A model generated the notes under the pieces. That model was given only the letters and a program-made list of their open reading frames with translations, ran no database searches and was not told where the DNA came from. The position numbers and the translations under genes are program-made. 54,785 bases of DNA from a virus (lineage: Duplodnaviria; Caudoviricetes). Below, piece after piece: positions 47,317 to 54,785 of this stretch (positions are counted from its first letter, which is position 1; the number at the start of each line of letters is the position of its first letter). The stretch is taken from the IMG/VR virus record IMGVR_UViG_3300032241_002057, positions 1 through 54,785 of that record; one strand, written 5' to 3'.

Positions 47317-48455
47317 TGCCCTATAATATTAACAATTATGATGGTACATTTCTTGTGAGCGTACCAAACAGTACAATTTGTACTACATCAACAAGTCTTG
47401 GATTAATAGGTCAAAATGCTGTTAATTTTGGCCTAACTATGAATGAAAACTTTGTGTATTTACTGCAAAATTTTTCTAGTAGCACACCACCAGCTAGTCC
47501 TATTGAAGGACAAGTGTGGTATAACTCAGTTACTTCTGTTATGAATTTTTATGATGGTACACAATGGCAAACCTTATCGCCGCCATTTGACGGTGATGCG
47601 GGAACAGCACAAGTGCTGATAACGGCTGTAAATCCGCAGGTCGAAGTAACCGTGATGTTCAGTGCAGGTCTTATTGTTGCCGCTGTTAGTCACTTCTCTC
47701 TATCTCCGTCTCAATTACCGTTGTATGCACAAGTAGGCGACACAACCTTCCCGTTTCAATCAAGATTCCCTGAAGGAATTTCGCCCGGTATAACCTTAGC
47801 AACTATACCAAGTAGTACTGGTAATCAGTCTGGATACCTTTTTTATGGTACAGCTACATCGGCTAATGTTCTGGCATCAAGTAGATGTATCATATTGTGC
47901 GGTTCTGTAACAGGAAATGTAAGCTTTAACGGTAGTAACGATGTTGTTATTAATACCACATTAATAAATGCATTACAAGGTAATGTTATTTCAAACGCTA
48001 ATGTTACAACTCTTCCTGCATGGTTTACAAATGTATATGTAAATTCAAACGGAATAGTAACAGATGCAACAGCTTTAAATAGCTGTGATATATTTACGGC
48101 CTTACAATATCAACCACCTCAGTATATGACATTCACAGGTAATGTAAACGGTAATACAACAGCTAACGGTACAATCTATACAGCTAATATATATCTAAAT
48201 TGCCAACCGGCTATTACTCCGGGATATTATAGCAATGTTTATGTTGGGCAAAATGGTTTAGTAGTATCAGCGAACAATGATAATTCTGTTCCTCCCCAAG
48301 GAATAATAGTGTGGGGAAATCCAGGACAAATACCAAATGGATGGGTCGTTGCAAACGGGCAGTCAGTTATGTTACCTAACGGTAATACAATTAATACCCC
48401 TGATATTGCCAATTCTGCCCCGTCTTGTACCACATATATAATGCGAATATCTTAG
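47316..48455 (+). CDS. fibre-like virion protein, N-terminal paralogue of 6611..7750
   Basis: NENFVYLLQNF..PIEGQVWY; collar-like C-terminus IPNGWVVANG..TPD. Confidence 0.65.
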   Translation: MPYNINNYDGTFLVSVPNSTICTTSTSLGLIGQNAVNFGLTMNENFVYLLQNFSSSTPPASPIEGQVWYNSVTSVMNFYDGTQWQTLSPPFDGDAGTAQVLITAVNPQVEVTVMFSAGLIVAAVSHFSLSPSQLPLYAQVGDTTFPFQSRFPEGISPGITLATIPSSTGNQSGYLFYGTATSANVLASSRCIILCGSVTGNVSFNGSNDVVINTTLINALQGNVISNANVTTLPAWFTNVYVNSNGIVTDATALNSCDIFTALQYQPPQYMTFTGNVNGNTTANGTIYTANIYLNCQPAITPGYYSNVYVGQNGLVVSANNDNSVPPQGIIVWGNPGQIPNGWVVANGQSVMLPNGNTINTPDIANSAPSCTTYIMRIS

Positions 48456-48561
48456 TTGGAAATCACAAAATTACTATTTTTACCGTTGATTCTCAACAAT
48501 ATAGTTATCTGAATTAAATAAATCTGAGTCTGTCTTAAACTTTTGACAAAGGAGCAATTAA

Positions 48562-49566
48562 ATGACTAATAATCCTAAACTATCAAAGGTTCTTGAATAT
48601 CTAATCAAGAACGATGATGAGAAAGCACGTGAGCTTCTCCATCAAGTATTTATAGAAAAAGCTCGTGCCATACACGAAGATATGATGCAGCACGACGAAG
48701 AAATGGAAGAAGAAATTGGCGGTAGTGGTGATATGGGTAAAGATTTCCGCGACGAGATCAACGCTCGTGGCCATCACGATGCACACGCCGATGCTGTTGA
48801 TTCAGAAATCGAAGCTATGAAAAACGAAATTGATTTTGAAGAAACAATGAGCGAAGATAGCGAGCTTGACGAATTTAAAAAAACTACCGACGACGAAGAT
48901 GAAATGCAGCTAGACATCGGCGACGACGAAATGGATATGGATGTATCAGACAATGATAGCACCGAAGATCATGTTGATCACGAAGAGATCATGGATAAGA
49001 TGGGCGATCTAGAAACCGCATTAGCTGAGTTAAAGGCTGAATTTGAAAAGTTAGAAGCCCAAGAAAATGGTGAAAATCCTGGAGAAGAAGAAGGTAAAGG
49101 AGAAGGCGAAGGCGAAGAAGAATCTTGGGAAATGGACGAAGATTTCGACGACATTGCAGAAAGCCTTGACCTAGAAGTTGTGACCAAAGACATGGAAAAG
49201 ACTGTTCCGGCTAAAGATGTTGGTGCAGTTCAGAGTGGAATGAGCGACGGTAATAATGCTCGTAGTCCGTTACCACCAAGTCAAACTACACGTTTTGGTG
49301 CTAAGCCAGTTGATATTGGTGCAGGGCCTGATCATAGAGGTTATGAGCTAGAATCTGCTCCAAAGAGTACAATGGATGCAATGAAGATTGCTGATCCAGC
49401 TATGAAAGCCGACAATCGTCGTAAATCATTTGATAGTGGTATGTCTAAGCAAAGCAAAGAAGGCAACAAGCCAGGTGCAGCTCTTAATACAACTGCTAAA
49501 GAATTTGGTGCCGATACAGTTGGCAAGATGAGCCCATTAAGTAAAGGCGGTCAGAATCTTAAGTAA
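48562..49566 (+). CDS. acidic prohead core protein (putative)
   Basis: Very D/E-rich; AAGGAG SD; TAAATA at 48515; lies between portal and protease. Confidence 0.6.
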   Translation: MTNNPKLSKVLEYLIKNDDEKARELLHQVFIEKARAIHEDMMQHDEEMEEEIGGSGDMGKDFRDEINARGHHDAHADAVDSEIEAMKNEIDFEETMSEDSELDEFKKTTDDEDEMQLDIGDDEMDMDVSDNDSTEDHVDHEEIMDKMGDLETALAELKAEFEKLEAQENGENPGEEEGKGEGEGEEESWEMDEDFDDIAESLDLEVVTKDMEKTVPAKDVGAVQSGMSDGNNARSPLPPSQTTRFGAKPVDIGAGPDHRGYELESAPKSTMDAMKIADPAMKADNRRKSFDSGMSKQSKEGNKPGAALNTTAKEFGADTVGKMSPLSKGGQNLK

Positions 49567-49575
49567 ATTATAGAT

Positions 49576-49609
49576 AAAAATGCTGGAGATTTATTTCTCC
49601 AGCATTTTT
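49576..49609 (+). terminator. intrinsic terminator
   Basis: AAAAATGCTGGAGA / TCTCCAGCATTTTT. Confidence 0.8.
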
Positions 49610-49682
49610 GGCAATTATTACCCCTAATAAACTAATAATTGCAACAATTTATTAAATATTTCTACGCCAAGAAGGTAATGAT

Positions 49683-50330
49683 ATGACAAACCATAATATT
49701 TTGATAGAGCATTTGAATTATGATGCAGCACAAGCTGAGGTAATTACAGAGAATGATTCTGGTCAAGGTGGGGATAAGAAAGTCTACATGAAAGGTATTT
49801 TCATTCAAGGAGATTTACGTAATCACAATGGGCGTGTTTATCCTCTACATGAGATACGGCGTGCTGTCGATAATATCAGAGAAGCTATTCAAAAAGATTC
49901 TGGAGTATTAGGTGAATGTGATCATCCACAAGAACTTCAGATTCATCTCGATCGTGTTAGTCACAAAATCACTGATATGTGGATGGATGGTGCCAACGGA
50001 TACGGTAAATTACAAATCCTACCGACACCGTGTGGTAACATCGTAAAAACGTTGTTAGATTGCGGGGTTAAGCTGGGTGTCAGCTCTCGCGGATCAGGCA
50101 ATGTCGATGATAATGGACGCGTGTCAGATTTTGACATGTTGACTGTTGATATCGTAGCAAAGCCAAGTGCGCCAAATGCTTACCCTACACCTATGTATGA
50201 GGCAATCATGAACCGCAAACACGGCTACAAGATTCATGATCTAGCTGAAAGTATGAAACATGACGCAGTTGCTCAAACGCATCTGAAGAAAATTCTACTA
50301 AGCTGGGTCGATGAATTGAAACTTATTTAA
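49683..50330 (+). CDS. prohead protease (gp21-like)
   Basis: NHNGRVYP, GECDHP, VSH, LGVSSRGSG, DIVAKPSAPNA. Confidence 0.93.
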   Translation: MTNHNILIEHLNYDAAQAEVITENDSGQGGDKKVYMKGIFIQGDLRNHNGRVYPLHEIRRAVDNIREAIQKDSGVLGECDHPQELQIHLDRVSHKITDMWMDGANGYGKLQILPTPCGNIVKTLLDCGVKLGVSSRGSGNVDDNGRVSDFDMLTVDIVAKPSAPNAYPTPMYEAIMNRKHGYKIHDLAESMKHDAVAQTHLKKILLSWVDELKLI

Positions 50331-50343
50331 GGAGTAGTGTCCT

Positions 50344-51561
50344 ATGGAAAAGGAAATAAAAGACCTCCTGGAAAACGAAGTACTTGGCGAAGATGTCAAG
50401 ACTGCTCTTCAGGAAGCCTTTAACAACAAGGTAAAAGCCGCGGAGCAAAAACTCCAGGAAGATTATGCTGTTCGTTATTCTAACGACAAAGCAAAGCTTG
50501 TTGAAGCCATGGATGCGATGCTGAGTGATACAATTCGCGCTGAATTAACTGAATTTGCAGAAGATCGTTCCGCAATGATTCGTCAGCGTGCAAAAATGAG
50601 TAAAGCAATTCAAGAAGCCAAGACGCAATATAAATCAAAGATGGTTGAGCATGCTAAAATGCTCAACAGCTTTGTTGCAAAGCAACTCAAAGCTGAAATT
50701 GCAGAATTCATCGAGGATCGCAAGACCCTTGAATCACAGCGTCGTGAATTAGCTCAAGAACTGCAGACTGTAAAAGAAAGCAGCAAGCGTGAGCTAGCTA
50801 ATCGCGTCAACAAACTTGAAGGATTCGTTCTCAAACAGCTCAGTGAGGAAATTGCTGAGTTTCATGCTGACAAAAAGGCATTGGTTGAGCAACGTGTTAA
50901 GCTGGCACAAGAAGGCAAGAAAAAGATTTCTGAGGCACAGAGTAAGTTCATTAATCGCGCAGTTGTAGCAGTCGATAAGACTCTAAACGAAGTGATTAAG
51001 AGCGAGCTAGTTCAATGGAAAGACGATATCAAAAAAGCACGTGAAAACAATTTTGGTCGTCGCATCTTCGAAGCAGTGGCAGCTGAATATATGGCTAGCT
51101 ACCTTTCTGAAGGTAGTCAGGTTAAGAAGTTAGATAAACAACTTCAACAACAAAAGGCTGCATTAGCCGAAGCACAAGCAAAACTCGCAGAGCAAAAGAC
51201 GCTCATCGAATCAGCTAACGCTAAAGTTCGTGCTGCCAATGATCGCTTACTACGTGAGGAGACATTAAAAACACTCCTTTCACCGTTGGCACGCGACAAA
51301 AAGGCCGTAATGGAAGATATGTTAAAAGATATCAAAACACAAAATTTGAAAGAAGCTTTTAACCGTTATCTACCTGCAATAGTAGGCGGCGCACCTAGTG
51401 GTAATCAAAGCAAGGTTGCACTTGCTGAATCTACCGCACGTTCAACCCCTGTTGCTGTAACTGGCGACAGAACTAACAAACTTGCCCAAGCAGTGATTGA
51501 AGAATCCCAGGACGACCTCGGCCTTGGTAAACTACTTCACCTTGCCGGTATTAAGCATTAA
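50344..51561 (+). CDS. prohead scaffold (gp22-like)
   Basis: Long coiled coil with FGRRIFEA; lies between protease and capsid. Confidence 0.8.
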   Translation: MEKEIKDLLENEVLGEDVKTALQEAFNNKVKAAEQKLQEDYAVRYSNDKAKLVEAMDAMLSDTIRAELTEFAEDRSAMIRQRAKMSKAIQEAKTQYKSKMVEHAKMLNSFVAKQLKAEIAEFIEDRKTLESQRRELAQELQTVKESSKRELANRVNKLEGFVLKQLSEEIAEFHADKKALVEQRVKLAQEGKKKISEAQSKFINRAVVAVDKTLNEVIKSELVQWKDDIKKARENNFGRRIFEAVAAEYMASYLSEGSQVKKLDKQLQQQKAALAEAQAKLAEQKTLIESANAKVRAANDRLLREETLKTLLSPLARDKKAVMEDMLKDIKTQNLKEAFNRYLPAIVGGAPSGNQSKVALAESTARSTPVAVTGDRTNKLAQAVIEESQDDLGLGKLLHLAGIKH

Positions 51562-51576
51562 GGAGCTATATTAAAA

Positions 51577-52776
51577 ATGACAAAGAACCTCTTCGAAACA
51601 CATTGGTCGGCTGCTAAGACCGCCCTCTGCGAAGGTCTAACCGGCAATCGCAAGAAGGTAATGGAAGTCGTACTAGAAAACACACGCAAGGATTTACAGA
51701 GTAAATCAGGAATACTTTTTGAAAGTGCAACACCGGGTGCTACCAGCGCTGGTAACGTTGCTACATTGAATAAGGTTATTCTTCCAGTAATCCGTCGAGT
51801 TATGCCGACTGTTATTGCTAACGAAATCATCGGCGTACAGCCAATGAGCGGCCCTGTTGGTCAGATCCACACACTACGCGTTCGTTACGCTGATACATTT
51901 GGTACCCCAACTCCAGTAGTTGCTGGTAGCGAAGCACTCAGTCCGTTCGATATCGCACGTTTCTATTCTGGTAACGGTAACAGCACTTATCCTGCTGCTG
52001 CACCAGTAAGCGTGCTTGAAGGAACTGCTGGTAAGCGCTTGAACATCCAGATCCTCAAGGAAACAGTCGAAGCCAAGACACGTAAGTTGTCAGCTCGTTG
52101 GACCTTTGAAGCTGCTCAGGATGCACAGGCTCAGCAAGGCATTGATATTGAAGCAGAAATTATGGCTGCACTAGCACAGGAAATTACCGCAGAAATTGAC
52201 CAGGAAATCCTAGTTTCTCTGCGTACACTTGCTGGTACTACACTTACATATGACCAGGGTGCCGTTAGCGGTACTGCAACATATGTTGGCGACGAACATG
52301 CTGCTCTAGCAGTACTCATCAACCGTGGTGCAAACTTGATTGCTGCACGTACACGTCGTGGTGCTGGTAACTGGGTTGTTGTTTCCCCAACTGCTCTTAC
52401 CATCCTACAGAGTGCTACAACTTCAGCATTCGCTCGTACCACAGAAGGTACCTTCGAAGCCCCAACTAACACCAAGTTCGTTGGCACACTAAACAACAGC
52501 ATGAGAGTGTATGTTGATCAGTATGCTGCTGACGATACAAACGTACTTGTTGGTTATAAGGGTCCCGGTGAAATTGACGCTGCTGCTTATTATTGCCCAT
52601 ATGTGCCACTAACAAGCAGTGGTGTTATCATTGATCCAAGCACATTCGAACCAGTTGTATCATTCATGACACGTTATGGTTATCTTGAACTGAATAACAC
52701 TGCGTCGAGCTTAGGTAACGCAGCTGACTATCTAGCTGGAATTGCTATAAATACGTCTCATTTAAAATTCCTATAA
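51577..52776 (+). CDS. major capsid protein (gp23-like)
   Basis: IIGVQPMSGPVGQI, AKTRKLSARWTFEAAQD, EITAEIDQE, YCPYVPL, MTRYG. Confidence 0.96.
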   Translation: MTKNLFETHWSAAKTALCEGLTGNRKKVMEVVLENTRKDLQSKSGILFESATPGATSAGNVATLNKVILPVIRRVMPTVIANEIIGVQPMSGPVGQIHTLRVRYADTFGTPTPVVAGSEALSPFDIARFYSGNGNSTYPAAAPVSVLEGTAGKRLNIQILKETVEAKTRKLSARWTFEAAQDAQAQQGIDIEAEIMAALAQEITAEIDQEILVSLRTLAGTTLTYDQGAVSGTATYVGDEHAALAVLINRGANLIAARTRRGAGNWVVVSPTALTILQSATTSAFARTTEGTFEAPTNTKFVGTLNNSMRVYVDQYAADDTNVLVGYKGPGEIDAAAYYCPYVPLTSSGVIIDPSTFEPVVSFMTRYGYLELNNTASSLGNAADYLAGIAINTSHLKFL

Positions 52777-52839
52777 AATCTTTTATTTTCAGCAGGTTAC
52801 AAAGATTTGTTGAAAATAAAAATTTAAAAGGCATTAAAG

Positions 52840-52865
52840 AAAACCCAGGAGAAATCTTGGGTTTT
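52840..52865. terminator. bidirectional terminator
   Basis: AAAACCCAGGA-GAAA-TCTTGGGTTTT, between convergent genes. Confidence 0.8.
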
Positions 52866-54575
52866 CTATTTTGTGCTCGTTAGCTGTAACTCCCATTTGA
52901 TTTTACCGCAGTCCCAAATCCTGTCATACCCTAATTCCTGTAAAATTTGCCATTCCGTTTTATCTAAATCGATATCTGGATGTAGTTGTTGTAATTTCAC
53001 TTTATTAAGACTTAATTTATGATGTTTTATTGTGTAGTTCTCTACATATTGTTGCATAGGGGGTACTGTACCAACTTGCACAAATCCTAATTTTTTATAT
53101 AAATCACCTTGGCTATATCTGTTATCACTGAAACTAATGATTGATACTGGGTGATATGTATCAACAAACGAAGTTAACAACCTACTGGCACCACCAGGTA
53201 TCATGTTTTTTGATGCAAATCTTATAAGCTCGTAACGATGGTTAGAATCCTTTACAAAGCTCATCAATGCTACTAGCTCGCCTTGATGCTCTAATCCAAT
53301 ATTAATAGGAAGTTTTGTGGGAGATCCTAATAAATGATATGAGTTATAAAAATCAATGCTAGATTGACGAGATGGAATAACTACCCTGCACTTGCGTGCA
53401 CCGATATTCCTCAACCCTGTGCCAAGCTTGGACCTTATGATATTTTCAACTATTGTCCTTTGATGTAACCATTCGTCGCTAAACACGGTGATCAATTCAA
53501 TTCCTACATTCCTAGCTGCTGCCCATTTTCTATAATGATAATTCCAGCTTTTTTTCCCGCTACGCTCGCTATGCCAATATAGTCCGCAGTATTCGATACC
53601 AATATTTAAATCTGGTATGTATATGTCTATTTCGTATGGATATATGACTGCTCGATCACCGCTTATTACATTACACTTGATTTGTGTGTTGACAAAATTC
53701 AACAAATCCAGTTCTTCTTTGCTTTTGTAACTTGTGTCGGTTGGATAGCATATCTTGCATTTAGGTAGTGATGCATAGTCAAACCTTTTGTCAAATGTAT
53801 TTCCGCATGAAATGCATTCGAATGATATAACTGGTCTAGTTTGTACACTTATGTACTGCTCTTCGGTAACCAATGCATTCAAATTGAAATTTTCGCGTAT
53901 CATCTGGATGAATCTTTTATGATTTTTCTTAGCCAGATGATGCGGCGAATATTGTTCTAATTTGGTCAGTTTGGCTTTGTTAGCAACTCGTTGGAGTTGC
54001 ATTGGATTTTCTACACCATATTTTTCTAAATTGGTCACCTTGCGTTTTTTCTTTACTTCATCCAGTTGTGCAACGTTGTTTACTCCATATTTTGCAAGTA
54101 TGGTTGCTTTCTGTTTATCTAGTTGATTGTTGATATTTTCTTGATTTGAATAAAAATTTTGATGTGCAAGTTTAGCTACAGGTGTTTGACCAGAATTAGT
54201 AACTCCGTATTTTAGAAGATTAGTGTTTGCACGTTTTTGATTGATTGTGATTTTTTTCTCATCACTAAGAGAGTTGTGTGCATCAGAGATTTTTTTTGAT
54301 ACAGATTCACGCATACATTGGCATTCTTTAGCGTTACCGCAAAATCCATAACCTTTGACTATGCTAACAAATCTTTTTGGTTTATTTGTTATAACGCAGC
54401 AATTTGACTCAATACCGTTTATTATCAAAAATGCACGTTCTGTTAATGACAATGATGGTGACAAATAATCGGTCGTGCTACATATCCATCGTAAAAGTTC
54501 TTTGTCTTTTTTGATATTATTCCCTAACGATTTAGGTGAAGTTTCCTTTACCAATCTCTGCAAACGTTCCAGCAT
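52866..54575 (-). CDS. free-standing homing-type endonuclease (KYGVxN repeats, Zn ribbon, Vsr/PD-(D/E)xK-like domain, C-terminal GNAT/Mom-like domain)
   Basis: Three KYGV.N repeats, CISC..CKIC, EIDIYIP..GIEYCGLYWHS, ELIRFAS..GGASRLL..LYKKLGF..IWDCG. Confidence 0.7.
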   Translation of the reverse strand: MLERLQRLVKETSPKSLGNNIKKDKELLRWICSTTDYLSPSLSLTERAFLIINGIESNCCVITNKPKRFVSIVKGYGFCGNAKECQCMRESVSKKISDAHNSLSDEKKITINQKRANTNLLKYGVTNSGQTPVAKLAHQNFYSNQENINNQLDKQKATILAKYGVNNVAQLDEVKKKRKVTNLEKYGVENPMQLQRVANKAKLTKLEQYSPHHLAKKNHKRFIQMIRENFNLNALVTEEQYISVQTRPVISFECISCGNTFDKRFDYASLPKCKICYPTDTSYKSKEELDLLNFVNTQIKCNVISGDRAVIYPYEIDIYIPDLNIGIEYCGLYWHSERSGKKSWNYHYRKWAAARNVGIELITVFSDEWLHQRTIVENIIRSKLGTGLRNIGARKCRVVIPSRQSSIDFYNSYHLLGSPTKLPINIGLEHQGELVALMSFVKDSNHRYELIRFASKNMIPGGASRLLTSFVDTYHPVSIISFSDNRYSQGDLYKKLGFVQVGTVPPMQQYVENYTIKHHKLSLNKVKLQQLHPDIDLDKTEWQILQELGYDRIWDCGKIKWELQLTSTK

Positions 54576-54716
54576 TTATCTTTTCCTTATACAACAATAA
54601 TAACTTATTTATGTCGATACAACAAGCTTTGTACTTGTTGTATTTATAATACTTATCATCTAATGTAAAAGTATTTGATACTTAATGCTATACACGCTAT
54701 CTTTTATAAATATTGC

Positions 54717-54785
54717 ATGCGAATATTTGACGTTATAAATTTAATAGAAAACGGGGTTCACTTAGACGAATACCGTGCCCAAGAA
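54717..54785 (+). CDS. late gene, N-terminus only (runs off window edge)
   Basis: MRIFDVINLIENGVHLDEYRAQE, starting 4 nt after a perfect TATAAATA at 54705-54712. Confidence 0.6.
   Translation, partial: MRIFDVINLIENGVHLDEYRAQE

Noticed and set aside
1-54785. CRISPR array, tRNA or rRNA genes
   Set aside because: No regularly spaced direct repeats or cloverleaf motifs seen; intergenic gaps are short. By-eye scan only.
1-54785. Stop-codon reassignment
   Set aside because: Genes up to 11.8 kb are intact in the standard code, and TAA, TAG and TGA all end genes.

Overview
AT-rich segment of a jumbo T4-related myophage genome, read in the standard genetic code. Gene content and order resemble Rak2/Atu_ph07/XacN1-type jumbo phages (inference). 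From left to right: the 5' end of thyX, a four-gene glycosyltransferase cluster, tail fibre and virion proteins, a 3937-aa wedge protein, and gp6- and gp25-like baseplate genes. An opposite-strand accessory island follows, with an acyl carrier protein, a complete IS605-type element (TnpA+TnpB) that splits a small gene, a Zn-finger ORF and a RimK-like ligase. Next come a gp5-like hub with two lysozyme domains, other hub genes, a gp55-like late sigma factor with a mini-intein, gp47/gp46 and a Holliday junction resolvase. The window ends with gp26/gp51-like genes, tape measure, portal, core, protease, scaffold, major capsid and a free-standing endonuclease. Most notable: (i) a stand-alone protein resembling the REC/WED half of TnpB with no RuvC; (ii) a canonical -1 slippery site that would fuse the gp26-like and gp51-like ORFs; (iii) IS ends, TAM, guide and empty site all inferable from sequence; (iv) extreme lysine depletion of outer virion proteins. 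All protein calls are by motif recognition, not database search.
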